Below, piece by piece: positions 30,510 through 41,070 of a DNA stretch of 60,459 nucleotides (its first letter is position 1; every line of letters starts with the position of its first letter). The stretch is from NCBI GenBank assembly GCA_048885535.1, contig JBHLLO010000013.1, forward strand, positions 1-60,459, in the 5' to 3' direction. A program made the translations under genes and the position numbers. The stretch is from Candidatus Hermodarchaeota archaeon (GTDB lineage: Archaea > Asgardarchaeota > Lokiarchaeia > Sigyniarchaeales > SOKP01). The notes beneath the pieces were generated by a model, which was not told the DNA's origin, made no database searches, and worked only from the letters and a program-made list of their open reading frames with translations.

Positions 30510-31322
30510 ATGTCTTTTAATCCAGAAAAAACAGAACAGCGAATAATAAAGACATTACTATATAATGTAATAATTTTTATGATCGTTTTATTTTGGTTTT
30601 TTCGCTCTGCTTATGACAACATCTTTGTTTCATACTTCTTATCCATTTTAATTATTATCTTTATTATTTTATCATTTTTTTATAACATCAGAAAAAACAA
30701 CAAAACCTCTGTTAAGATCTTTCATATAATTCTTCTATTGATCCCAATTTCTTTTATAATTGAAATTATCTATGTTTATGAGCCATTTACATCAGCGGTC
30801 TTTTTTTCATTTTATAACTTAATTGGAATTACATTAAATCATGATCTAGTCTTAATCCTTTTTTATTTTACTTTAACCATTCTAAAAGTGCTTCCTATTA
30901 GATTCTTTTACAATAGAATTATCAAAATGTTTGAAAAAAGGAGATTTGATGACTTCTTTGAATACTTCATTAATAACATCAGTAAGAAAAAATTAATTAT
31001 GCTAACTCTTTTGCTTCCTCTCTCAGCATTTATTGAGGAGTTTATTTTTCGAAGTTTATTGTTGACAGTATTAGTAAATTACCTTAACTGGAATATGATT
31101 ATTGCTATTATATTTATTTCTCTGGTTTTTGGATTTAGTCATTATTCTGCTTCGAAAAATTGGTTGCATTTTCTTTCAACAACATTTTCTTCTATAATAT
31201 ATTTTCTAGCTTTAATTCAATTAGGTTTATTATACCCTTGGTTATTACATTTAACAACAAATAGCCTTGCGTTATTGTTTTTCTATCAACACAAAAAATT
31301 AAAAAATAAAATGGTCATTTAA
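30510..31322 (+). CDS. CPBP (Abi/CAAX-protease-like) intramembrane metalloprotease
   Basis: EEFIFR, FGFSH and HLTTN motifs in a multi-TM protein. Confidence 0.88.
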   Translation: MSFNPEKTEQRIIKTLLYNVIIFMIVLFWFFRSAYDNIFVSYFLSILIIIFIILSFFYNIRKNNKTSVKIFHIILLLIPISFIIEIIYVYEPFTSAVFFSFYNLIGITLNHDLVLILFYFTLTILKVLPIRFFYNRIIKMFEKRRFDDFFEYFINNISKKKLIMLTLLLPLSAFIEEFIFRSLLLTVLVNYLNWNMIIAIIFISLVFGFSHYSASKNWLHFLSTTFSSIIYFLALIQLGLLYPWLLHLTTNSLALLFFYQHKKLKNKMVI

Positions 31323-31329
31323 GATTTTT

Positions 31330-33108
31330 TTAGTGATAGAGAAAAAGAAATCGCTCCATATAATAGAGGAAAATTTGAGTGTAATATCCTGGATAATAGT
31401 AATCGCACCCATGACCACCTAATGGCATCCATAGAATCGCGCATTTCTCATTTCCATGGGATAAATAGACATTCTTAATATTTGATGCTATGCTGAAATA
31501 ATTTAAAATGTCATGAGTTCCTTGGAAAATTAAACAAGGGGGGCTATCATTTTTAATTAGGGCTTCTGGATTTTTGAATTCCTCTTTCCCATCTATTCCA
31601 AACCACTTCATTGCCCCATTAGCGGGATAATAAGGCACCATACCCTTTATTATAATACTTGGACTAAAAATTTCAGTATAATTTCCGCTTGTTATTGCTA
31701 AGGCAACTGCGCACGTAAGATGACCTCCCGAGGATCCTCCGGTTACAAATACAGAATTTGTATTAGCACCATATTCTAGGGCATGATCAGTTAGATAGTA
31801 AGTGAAATTACCTATATGACGAACCATGTCATCAATATTGAAATCTCCTTTCGTATATTTTGGGGTCATTGGATCTATTGGAGTTAAAAAGGTATCAAAT
31901 AAGCCATACTGAATATCAAACACAATATATCCTTGTGCTGCTAAATATTTATTAAGTGGTATTATGTCTGATCCCCCTTTATCTCCTAAAATCCAACCGC
32001 CGCCATGGATACGTATAATAGTCGAATTTTGTCCAGGAAGACCCCTCCCGTTATTTAATGGCATGTAAGCGTCAAAATAAAGATTCAAACCTTCATTACT
32101 ATAAAATAATATGTGTTCTTTTACTATGCAATCTTTTGCTGGGATTCCCAAAAAATATCCTGATGTTGAAAATGGTGTTTTTAAGAAAAATTCATTCACA
32201 TCCACTGGGATTTTATTTCGCCAGTCATTACCAAAAGCAGTTGAGAAGTGAGTATAAGCGGTAGAAGACGTAATATGAGTTAATAGTAACGGCAAAAGCA
32301 TAATGAAAGAAACAACTAGACCGGTAATTGTCTTTCGCTTAAACTTTTTTGGTTTCCATTTATGCTTTTTTAGCTTAATTAATATAAGGGTATTTATAAG
32401 GAAAATTATTGAAAAAAAAGCTCCAAACTGAGCTGAAAATATGGCAAAAATAGTTGTAACGATTTCAAATGAACCAAATACAGTAACAAAAGCACAAATG
32501 ATTCCAAAAAAGAAAGTAATATTACATAGCATACTAAGTATTTTTTTCAGAATTTTTTTAATAAGCGAGTTCTTTTTAGTGTGATGATTTGTATTATTCC
32601 TATTTGAATTCCAAAGCTGTTCATTCTTAATGTTTATAATATCATATAAGGCAATTAAGAAATTAAAGCCAAATATACTGAAATAACAAAAATAGACTAA
32701 AAAGTAGCCAATTCCACTGTAGACAGTTAAAGTACTATAGTTTGAATAAATGAGTAAATTTCCTCCCATTATACCCATTAAGGCGAGAATCATAAAACCC
32801 AAATAGATATAGCAAATTAAGTTTAGCTTTTTCCCTATTTTAATTGTCTTGTTTACCTTAATTGAATTAATATATACAAGTAATCCATTGACAAATAAAG
32901 TAATAATAATCAAAATGCCAAAAAGATCCCAAAATATGTTATATTGTGGAAAGAATAAGTAAAAAATTCCAGAAATAATACAAATAGGATTTAAAATGAT
33001 AGAGAAATAACTCACTCTTTTAATTGTTAGAAAAGCCACAAGATTTTCTACTAATATTCTTGTGCTTTTTAATTTGAAATCTAACTGGATGATTGATGGT
33101 CGTTCCAT
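31330..33108 (-). CDS. Membrane-bound alpha/beta hydrolase (HSL-type esterase/lipase)
   Basis: Several N-terminal TM helices; HGGGW, GGSSGG nucleophile elbow, QGTHD, GGHGCD. Confidence 0.88.
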   Translation of the reverse strand: MERPSIIQLDFKLKSTRILVENLVAFLTIKRVSYFSIILNPICIISGIFYLFFPQYNIFWDLFGILIIITLFVNGLLVYINSIKVNKTIKIGKKLNLICYIYLGFMILALMGIMGGNLLIYSNYSTLTVYSGIGYFLVYFCYFSIFGFNFLIALYDIINIKNEQLWNSNRNNTNHHTKKNSLIKKILKKILSMLCNITFFFGIICAFVTVFGSFEIVTTIFAIFSAQFGAFFSIIFLINTLILIKLKKHKWKPKKFKRKTITGLVVSFIMLLPLLLTHITSSTAYTHFSTAFGNDWRNKIPVDVNEFFLKTPFSTSGYFLGIPAKDCIVKEHILFYSNEGLNLYFDAYMPLNNGRGLPGQNSTIIRIHGGGWILGDKGGSDIIPLNKYLAAQGYIVFDIQYGLFDTFLTPIDPMTPKYTKGDFNIDDMVRHIGNFTYYLTDHALEYGANTNSVFVTGGSSGGHLTCAVALAITSGNYTEIFSPSIIIKGMVPYYPANGAMKWFGIDGKEEFKNPEALIKNDSPPCLIFQGTHDILNYFSIASNIKNVYLSHGNEKCAILWMPLGGHGCDYYYPGYYTQIFLYYMERFLFLYH

Positions 33109-33130
33109 TAAAATACCCTGTTATTAACAT

Positions 33131-33152
33131 TAGACATTATCCAAAATGTCTA
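33131..33152. promoter_or_regulatory. Palindromic operator-like site
   Basis: TAGACATT-N6-AATGTCTA perfect inverted repeat, 23 nt upstream of the hydrolase start codon. Confidence 0.4.
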
Positions 33153-33502
33153 GACTAAATATTTTAAACCCTCCTAAATTCTATTATGGGGCTTTATAGG
33201 AGGATATTTTGATAACTTTATTTATATCAATATTTTTATTACTAATGAAATTACAGGAATTTAATTTTACGTAAATGCTAAAATTAAAAAAAATCTTAAA
33301 ACATGTCAAAATAACTTATCTAAGTTATTTTTAACGTGAAGTAATAAGATTATGATAATTTAATCTTAAGTTAAATATTTTAGTTGCTGTTCATTAACTA
33401 AGAATGAGAAGTTAAGGGTAACACCCTAGAAAAGAAAAAACTTTCATTTTTAAATAAGTGATATCATAATTTAAAAGAAATAACTATTGTAAATGTGTAA
33501 CT

Positions 33503-34348
33503 ATGATTATTTGGATTCTTGAAAGTGATTCTGGCTCAAAATTACTGTATAAATCTTTTTTAAAAACTGATGCTGATGAAGATATAGTATCTGGTTTTTT
33601 AACAGCATTTCACCATTTTTCTATGGTAGAATTCCATCAGTCTCTTGAATCAATAGAAATGGGAGGATTAAAGTGGATATATATTTTAGAATCAAGTTAC
33701 AATCTGCTTTTTGTCGCAGCTGGCACAAAAAACATTCGAACTGAAATATTAATGGGAAGATTAAATGTGATAAAAGAAGCTTTCATAAAGCAATTTGAAC
33801 CAACATGGAAAAAAAGGGGTGAAAGTTGGGATGGGAGTATTACCATCTTCTCAAGTTTCTTAAAAACTATTGAAGACTATTATGATCAATGGGAAGAAGT
33901 AGAAACTTTAACTCAAGTTGCTGACTTTTTTGATATACTGGGAATATTTCAACAAATCTTTATCATACTTAGAAACATTATTGAAAACAGGATGTATACG
34001 AAATCTAAGATTGGTATCATAGATAAAGTCGAAGAAAGGTATAAAGATTTAATTGATCAGGAATCTTTTAAGGATCAACAAGAATTAGCAAATATCACAT
34101 TCTCTAAAGACGCATGGTTTAATATAATTGATGAAAAATTAATAAAGTGTGAAAAAGAGCTAGTTATAAAGTTTCTCAAATTGTTACTTTCTGAAATCGT
34201 TTATGCTATAAGAGAAGTTAAAGGAAATCAGCTATGTTTGAAATATTTCAGTGAAGATAATGTCTACACTTATATTTTTAACAACATGAAGTTGCTGAAA
34301 GATTTAAATTTAGATACTTTCATGTTAGAACTTTTTTTGCTATTATAG
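33503..34348 (+). CDS. Longin-domain protein
   Basis: 'IIWILESDSGSKLLYKSF...DIVSGFLTAFHHFS...SIEMGGLKWIY' longin pattern plus helical C-terminus. Confidence 0.72.
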   Translation: MIIWILESDSGSKLLYKSFLKTDADEDIVSGFLTAFHHFSMVEFHQSLESIEMGGLKWIYILESSYNLLFVAAGTKNIRTEILMGRLNVIKEAFIKQFEPTWKKRGESWDGSITIFSSFLKTIEDYYDQWEEVETLTQVADFFDILGIFQQIFIILRNIIENRMYTKSKIGIIDKVEERYKDLIDQESFKDQQELANITFSKDAWFNIIDEKLIKCEKELVIKFLKLLLSEIVYAIREVKGNQLCLKYFSEDNVYTYIFNNMKLLKDLNLDTFMLELFLLL

Positions 34349-34415
34349 ATTTTGACTTAAGTGTAATTATTAATAATATTTTTATGAATTAATTGAATTA
34401 TCTTAAACTATTGAT

Positions 34416-35516
34416 ATGAAGAGATTCAAATCGATAGACTTTTTAAGAGGAATACATGTCTTTTTGATGATTGTTCTGCATTACTGTGAATGGTGGTTAG
34501 TAGCAGACGCCCGTGAGTTAAAGGAGTTAATGTTTCATATTTTTGAACCTATTGGTGCTACAGGTTTTTTATTTATTTCCGGAGTTAGTGCGTCTTTATC
34601 ATATAAGAGTAGAAAAAGTAAGTTTAAAACTTTAGATAGCTTGAACTGGCTTAAAGTAAAAAAAATACATTTTTTAAGAGCTTTTCTACTTTTATTAATC
34701 GCATTAATTTATAATTTAATATTATCATTTAGATTTGGTGATCTTTCAGATGTTTGGAGTTGGAATGTACTACAAACTATTGCTGTTTCTCTCATTGTAG
34801 TGTGGCCACTTTTAAAGCAATCTAGAGTTGTGAGAATAATTATTGGAGTTTTCTTTTTACTCATTAATCAACTACTCTTAATTTTATTATCTCCTTTCGA
34901 GAATCAATTAAATTTTTTTGGCATAGTGTTTCATATCTTATATAATCCTTTACAACAATTTACTATCTTATCTTTTCTCCCTTTCTTTATCTTTGGAACG
35001 GTTATTGGAGATTACATATTTGAAATCAGTGCTCTAAAGGATGAGAAGGATACTAAATATGCGATAAAGAATCTCTTTCTTAAAAAAATTTTAATATTGG
35101 GGAGCGTTTTAATAGTAATTGGAGTATTATATCAGTTCCCTTATTTTGTGGTACGCAATACCTTCCCTTCATTCATTTACTCAATAGGAGTGATTTTAGT
35201 GTTATTTTCATTGTTGATCTCAATTGAAGAATTTAAATTAATTAAGGTCAAGAAAAATTATGACTTTTTCTTCTTTTACTCATATTATTCCTTTACGGTA
35301 TATCTGGGACATAATATACTATTTTTCCTTTTTTTTGAACAATTAGATGCAATAAGTTTTTGGATTCCTATTATTCTTACAATGACTATTATTACCATTT
35401 TACTTAGAATAATGTATAAAAAATTAGGACCAAAAGCTTCTTTAAAAACTGGAATCACAGCATTAAGTTATGTATTGGTAACTAAACTTAATAAAAAGAA
35501 ACACAATAATTTATAA
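34416..35516 (+). CDS. Membrane acyltransferase, HGSNAT-catalytic/DUF1624-like
   Basis: RFKSIDFLRG...MIVLH, GFLFISGVS, VLQTI; multi-TM. Confidence 0.8.
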   Translation: MKRFKSIDFLRGIHVFLMIVLHYCEWWLVADARELKELMFHIFEPIGATGFLFISGVSASLSYKSRKSKFKTLDSLNWLKVKKIHFLRAFLLLLIALIYNLILSFRFGDLSDVWSWNVLQTIAVSLIVVWPLLKQSRVVRIIIGVFFLLINQLLLILLSPFENQLNFFGIVFHILYNPLQQFTILSFLPFFIFGTVIGDYIFEISALKDEKDTKYAIKNLFLKKILILGSVLIVIGVLYQFPYFVVRNTFPSFIYSIGVILVLFSLLISIEEFKLIKVKKNYDFFFFYSYYSFTVYLGHNILFFLFFEQLDAISFWIPIILTMTIITILLRIMYKKLGPKASLKTGITALSYVLVTKLNKKKHNNL

Positions 35517-35660
35517 CATTTTTATCAATTTGGCATGATTTTCCATATTTGTAAATTTGGTATAATTTCTTAAAACTTTAAAAACTTGGAAACTATTTGT
35601 AATTAATTGTTCCTAGAATTTCATGATATTACTATAATATTCCAAAACTTGATTAATAAA

Positions 35661-36767
35661 ATGAAGAGAATAACTGGACTTGATACCATTCGGGGTGCGT
35701 GCATGTGGATTATGATATACGGACATATGATCGATTGGTGGTTAAGACCAGAAGATGATTGGCTTCGTCAGTGGTTATTTGCCTTTTTAGAGTCAATTGG
35801 TGCTACAGGATTTTTGTTTATTTCGGGAGTAAGCGCTGCATTGGCTTTTAGAAGTAATAGAATGAAGCTTCAAAATTTAAACCTTTATAATCCTTCAATG
35901 GTAAGAAATGTATATTTCATAAGGGCATTCTTAATTTTATTAATCGGAGTCCTCTATAATTTCTTTGTAGCAGTACTATGGAGTGGAAATATTGCAAACC
36001 TATGGAGTTGGTTAGTCTTACAAACAATAGGTTTCTCTTTAATCCTATCTTGGCCTTTTCTAGGAGTCTCAAGAACCTTTAGAATAATTTTTGGAATTTT
36101 AATTATGCTCCTAAATCAATTCTTTCTAACATTATTATGGCCATATGAAGATCAAGCTAATTTATTTGGTTTTACTTTTTACCTGCTTTTTAATCCATTA
36201 AGTCAATATCCCATTTTAGCTTACTTTAGCATATTCCTTATAGGAACAGCTTTAGGAGATAAAATTTTTGAAATAAATATTGAGAAAAATCGCCAAGAAA
36301 GAAAACTCTTATTTAAAAACAAATTAATAATCCCGATGTTTTTGATCGGATGCTTATTATTAATCTATGGTATTGCCCATTTATTCCCAGAATTCTTCCG
36401 TTTTAACACAATTCAAGCTTTTGCTTATTCATTGGGCATAATTTTAATTGTTCTTTCACTTTTTATAACCAAACAAACATTCCAACTTTTTAAAACTAAG
36501 AAGAGTTATAGATATTTATTCTTTTACTCCTATTATTCATTTACTATTTATTTAGGACATAATATCCTATTTTTTCTTTTTCCTGAGCGATTAAATTTTA
36601 TTACAATATGGATTGCTGTAATTATCGGGAATTTTATCTTTGGGTATTTATTTAGAACCATGTATATTAAATTAGGTGCAAAAGCATCATTAAAAACAGG
36701 AATAAGTGTAGCTAGTTTTGCTATAGTGAAAAAATTTGGGAAACTTGATGAAAAACTTAAAGTTTAA
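35661..36767 (+). CDS. Membrane acyltransferase, HGSNAT-catalytic/DUF1624-like (tandem paralog)
   Basis: Start moved to ATG 35661 (MKRITGLDTIRG) to match the paralog; shared GATGFLFISGVSA and FFYSYYSFT.YLGHNILFFLF. Confidence 0.8.
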   Translation: MKRITGLDTIRGACMWIMIYGHMIDWWLRPEDDWLRQWLFAFLESIGATGFLFISGVSAALAFRSNRMKLQNLNLYNPSMVRNVYFIRAFLILLIGVLYNFFVAVLWSGNIANLWSWLVLQTIGFSLILSWPFLGVSRTFRIIFGILIMLLNQFFLTLLWPYEDQANLFGFTFYLLFNPLSQYPILAYFSIFLIGTALGDKIFEINIEKNRQERKLLFKNKLIIPMFLIGCLLLIYGIAHLFPEFFRFNTIQAFAYSLGIILIVLSLFITKQTFQLFKTKKSYRYLFFYSYYSFTIYLGHNILFFLFPERLNFITIWIAVIIGNFIFGYLFRTMYIKLGAKASLKTGISVASFAIVKKFGKLDEKLKV

Positions 36768-36912
36768 CTTGTTATTTATAAGCAATTTGAAGTAAATGTG
36801 GAGCTTCTTTATCCTTCTTTTAAAGATCCTTTGTTAAAAGGTAGGTTCTAATTATGCGTAATATATAATTTATATAGGTAATAGATAAATTAGTTTAAAT
36901 AAAAGAATAAAT

Positions 36913-37626
36913 ATGATAGAAGCCATAACTTTTGATCTTTGGAATACTATATTTGAAAATAAATCATATTCTAAATTTAGAGTAGATTTCATTATGAAGT
37001 TCTTAGAAGCTAAAAATTATGATTACACATTTGAAACTATTAAGCTAGCTTTTGATAATAGTTTCAAATTTTTAGATTATCAAGAAAATGGTTTTGATTT
37101 CCATCATAGATATACTGAAGGAAGAATCTCTAAGATATTTGATACTTTAAAAACTGAAATAACTGATCCTGAAATAAGAGCGATTAAGGAAAATATGGAG
37201 AAAGCTATGTTAAAGGATCCTCCATCACTGAAAAAGGGTGTTAAAAGAACTTTAGAAATACTTTCAAAAAACTATAACATTGGTCTTATTTCAAATACGG
37301 GAATCACTCCTGGTCATATAATAATTGATGTATTTCAAAAATATGATATTCTGAAATATTTTCAAGTTACCATTTTCTCCGATGAAATTGGTTATTATAA
37401 ACCACATTCATTACTATTTGAGAGTGCTCTTAAAAACCTTCAGTGTAAACCGAATTATGCTGCTCACGTAGGAGACTTGTTGCTTACAGATGTTAAAGGA
37501 GCAAAAGATTATGGTATGCGAGCTATTTGGTTTAATGATACCAATCAATCAAAATTACCAGACATCCAACCAGATTATGAAGTAAAAGAGATGTTAGAAG
37601 TTGTGGATATAATTAAAAATTTTTAG
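36913..37626 (+). CDS. HAD-superfamily hydrolase
   Basis: ITFDLWNT, ISNT, KP, HVGDLLLTDVKGA. Confidence 0.92.
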   Translation: MIEAITFDLWNTIFENKSYSKFRVDFIMKFLEAKNYDYTFETIKLAFDNSFKFLDYQENGFDFHHRYTEGRISKIFDTLKTEITDPEIRAIKENMEKAMLKDPPSLKKGVKRTLEILSKNYNIGLISNTGITPGHIIIDVFQKYDILKYFQVTIFSDEIGYYKPHSLLFESALKNLQCKPNYAAHVGDLLLTDVKGAKDYGMRAIWFNDTNQSKLPDIQPDYEVKEMLEVVDIIKNF

Positions 37627-37651
37627 TTGAATTATACATAGTTTAACAGTA

Positions 37652-38674
37652 GTGAAACTAATGAAAGAAATCAAGAGAAGAAAGGAAGCAATCGCTTACA
37701 TTCTTTTAATCATTACCGGTCTAATATGGGGAGGAACTTGGCCTATCGGAAGATGGATTGTATCTCCTCAATTTGGACCAACCATCCCTCCATTAATGAT
37801 TGCTACAATCCGATACTTTCTAGCGGTTATTTGCTTTTTTCCTATTCTTAAGCTTCAAGATGGAAAAATAAATTGGCAGTTCGCGAAAAAAAACTGGAAA
37901 ATATTATTGCTTATGGGATTAACTTCGGTTACTATTTATCAAATTGGGTACCTTTTTGGGGAGATGTTTACAATTGCAAGCGATGCAAGTATAGTGATTG
38001 CTACACATGCTATCTGGGTGGTGATCCTTTCTAGTATTTTCCTAAAAACTGAATTTTTTAGTTGGAAAAAGCTTATCGGAACCCTTTTAGCATTCTTCGC
38101 AGTAATATTAGTTGTAGGATTTTCTCCGAATTTAGAGCCAAATAGGATTTTTGGAGATGTTTTAATTTTAATTGCTGCCTTTTCCTATGCCACTTATACT
38201 ATAACCTCCAGCTATTTCTTAAATAGAACCCAAAATGCCCTTGAGACATTCCAACCAAGCTCTTTATGGATAATAACATGGGTTTCATTTTTTGGACTTT
38301 TAGTAACTGCTCCAATAACTCTATTTATTAATCCTGAATTCCTTAATCCAGTAGAATATTTAACTATTCATCCTCGTATATGGATTGGGATCATATACTT
38401 GGCATTTTTTTCTACTATTGGAGCATACACATTTTATTTAGAAGGTGTTAAGCGTTTAAATGCAAGTAGAGCAGCAATATTTCAAACTCTTGTACCTCTA
38501 TTTGGAGTCGTTTTCTCAGCTATATTTCTAAAAGAACCATTCGATGTTTTCATTTACCCCTTCGCCTTATTTTTAGTAATTCTAGGCATAACACTTGTAA
38601 ATATTTCCCAAAAGAAAACTCAAAGCCTTGATAAGGTTGAAGAAAACCCTCCGCATTCAAAAAAAGAAAATTGA
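37652..38674 (+). CDS. DMT/EamA family transporter
   Basis: Two EamA repeats, ~10 TM; IWGGTW, GDVLILIAAFSYATY. Confidence 0.9.
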   Translation: MKLMKEIKRRKEAIAYILLIITGLIWGGTWPIGRWIVSPQFGPTIPPLMIATIRYFLAVICFFPILKLQDGKINWQFAKKNWKILLLMGLTSVTIYQIGYLFGEMFTIASDASIVIATHAIWVVILSSIFLKTEFFSWKKLIGTLLAFFAVILVVGFSPNLEPNRIFGDVLILIAAFSYATYTITSSYFLNRTQNALETFQPSSLWIITWVSFFGLLVTAPITLFINPEFLNPVEYLTIHPRIWIGIIYLAFFSTIGAYTFYLEGVKRLNASRAAIFQTLVPLFGVVFSAIFLKEPFDVFIYPFALFLVILGITLVNISQKKTQSLDKVEENPPHSKKEN

Positions 38675-38727
38675 AAGTTGGCTATAAATTAATTGTTTTA
38701 AAATAACAATAATAAAAAAAAGTTAAA

Positions 38728-40875
38728 TTATAATTTTCTTTTCTTCTTACGCCAAATTAACACTAGGGTTGTTATACCTATAACTGCCCCTCCACTAATC
38801 GTTGAAATCAAAATAATGAATTCAATAGGAATATCTTCATCTTTGGGAATAACCTCAACATTAACAATATCATATACTAATTTATAAGTATTTGAAGCGT
38901 AGATCTCGTATTTATATGTACCAACAGAAAGATCATCTAAATAAATAATTATGGGAACATTATTTTGCCAAGTACCTGTTTCATTGGGAGGGGGAGGAGG
39001 AGTAGGAGGATTAGTAGGAGAACGATTAATATAGATATCATATGATGGATTTGCAAGCTCTTCAGCAGTTAATAACCAAGTTATATTATTTCCCGTAGAA
39101 CCCTTTACAAATGACGTATCTCCTGAACTAATTATATTTATACTATATGAATCCTTCCATTTATAATAGTAGAAATAAGTCCTTTGTAAGACATTTTGAT
39201 TAAAGCCAGTGAAATCAATGTGATGAACGTCGTACATCTTGCTGACATCAAGCCAAGCCATTGGCATAAGTTCTTCAACAAGATATCTCTGAATTTCATT
39301 ATAAATTCCATTCCTTAGAATTGGATCAACTTCTTCTGTCCCTAATTCGATGAAATTTTGAAGATAAGAATCACTGCTAAATCCAAACATCCAACGAAAT
39401 ATTGAAGTATTTGAGAACATTGAGTTAATATAATTGTAAGGATCATTGTAATCCGCAAGCCAACCTCCTGTCCAGATATCAGTCCAATTAGGATTTAACT
39501 GCAGAGTATCTATCCATGTAATCCAATCAGTTTCTTTTTTGCTAAGGTTAACGCCTATTTTTCTGAGACTTACATTAAGTGAATTGAAAAGATCAATGTG
39601 AAATTGACTTGTAGTTAATACCCACATAGAAACATTAAATTTTCCAGTATCCGCTAAAGCATTCCAATTTGAATCATCTGGTCCTGGATAACTTGGATTT
39701 AGACTATTCCCATGCCCTATACTCTGGATAATTTCTCTTGCTTTAGTTATATTAAAATAAGGATAATTTAAAGTTGTATTAGAATATAAGATCCCGGGGG
39801 GAATGGGAGATTTTAATCTAATTGAGGTCCCTTCATGTAATTTATCAATAATATCTGAGTAATTTACAGCATAAGAGAACGCTTTACGAAGCGTTTTGTT
39901 TAATGTGTTGTCATTAAACACTAAATATCTTGCTAGACTATTTGTTTTTCCATCATCAATGACCACTAAATCTGAATCAGCTTTAAACATATCAATGTAT
40001 GAGGGAAGGGGGTTATCCATAAAATCGATATCATGAACTAACATTGCCATATTCAAAGTTATGGAATCAGTGAAGTATGCGAATATCATTCGTTCAATAT
40101 TGGCTTTTTCTCTCCAATAACTTTCAAATGCATGAAATCTAGCCTCTAAACCCGAAAAATAATGTTCAAAGACAAAAGGACCAGTACCAATAATTTGATC
40201 TGTTCCTAAATTTAACTTATTAAAAAATGGCGTCGAGTTCATGGACAGCATAGCAAATGCTGAATGTGTCAATAAGTTAAACACACCAGCATTAGGCTTG
40301 GTTAACACTAATTTAATTGCATACTGATTAACAATTTCAACTTTATTGAAAATTGGGGTTATTCCATCTTCCCAATAACCAAGGTAATTTGCATATCCCA
40401 GAATCTCATAAGAAGGCAATAATCCAGAAATGTTCCACCAATAACTCATTCTATCAAAATTCCACTTTACTACTGTTGAATTGAACTCAGATCCATCATG
40501 AAAAGTGACTCCTTGCCGTAAATATACGGTAATATTAAGTTCTTCAACTGGTTCTAAATCGTAACTTGTCGCTAATAGTGGTATTAACGGTAATGATGGA
40601 TTAGAATAATTATAAGTAAATAATGTCTCAACTACTTGATCTATAATGATGCTTGAACTACGGTCTACGCAATCAACAGGATCTAAAGCGTTTGGAGCTG
40701 AGGATGAGCCGTACAAAAAGGTATTACTAATGGGAGGAAGATTACTATTTAAAGTGTTATTAAATTCTCCTTCTGATTTATTATAGGCTATTTTTATTGT
40801 ACTATCAAATGTAGAGATTAAAAGAAATAAAAATATTACAAATAAAATCGTTCTTTTTTTCATTATGATCTTCAA
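38728..40875 (-). CDS. ABC-type peptide-binding protein (SBP family 5) with C-terminal membrane anchor
   Basis: LRQGVTFHDGSEFN, IGTGPF, GWLADYNDP; Pro-rich linker, Ig-like tail, C-terminal TM + RKKKRK. Confidence 0.9.
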   Translation of the reverse strand: MKIIMKKRTILFVIFLFLLISTFDSTIKIAYNKSEGEFNNTLNSNLPPISNTFLYGSSSAPNALDPVDCVDRSSSIIIDQVVETLFTYNYSNPSLPLIPLLATSYDLEPVEELNITVYLRQGVTFHDGSEFNSTVVKWNFDRMSYWWNISGLLPSYEILGYANYLGYWEDGITPIFNKVEIVNQYAIKLVLTKPNAGVFNLLTHSAFAMLSMNSTPFFNKLNLGTDQIIGTGPFVFEHYFSGLEARFHAFESYWREKANIERMIFAYFTDSITLNMAMLVHDIDFMDNPLPSYIDMFKADSDLVVIDDGKTNSLARYLVFNDNTLNKTLRKAFSYAVNYSDIIDKLHEGTSIRLKSPIPPGILYSNTTLNYPYFNITKAREIIQSIGHGNSLNPSYPGPDDSNWNALADTGKFNVSMWVLTTSQFHIDLFNSLNVSLRKIGVNLSKKETDWITWIDTLQLNPNWTDIWTGGWLADYNDPYNYINSMFSNTSIFRWMFGFSSDSYLQNFIELGTEEVDPILRNGIYNEIQRYLVEELMPMAWLDVSKMYDVHHIDFTGFNQNVLQRTYFYYYKWKDSYSINIISSGDTSFVKGSTGNNITWLLTAEELANPSYDIYINRSPTNPPTPPPPPNETGTWQNNVPIIIYLDDLSVGTYKYEIYASNTYKLVYDIVNVEVIPKDEDIPIEFIILISTISGGAVIGITTLVLIWRKKKRKL

Positions 40876-41070
40876 TTATCGATTATTTTATTTTAGATTA
40901 TAAATAAAACTAGATGAACATATATATAACCATACGCGTTATACATTTTTGTAATTGGTTCTGTAAAAATCCTCAGCTTGTAAACACTTTCCAAAAGAAG
41001 AAAAATTCCAGTAGAAGGGAAAAAAAAGTTTATCTGTAATTGAAATTTACCCGTCAATTTTAACAATCGG

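Noticed and set aside
30510-31322. CAAX processing of the Rab-like GTPases by the CPBP protease
   Set aside because: None of the GTPases ends in a Cys-containing prenylation motif; CPBP proteins are widespread in prokaryotes.
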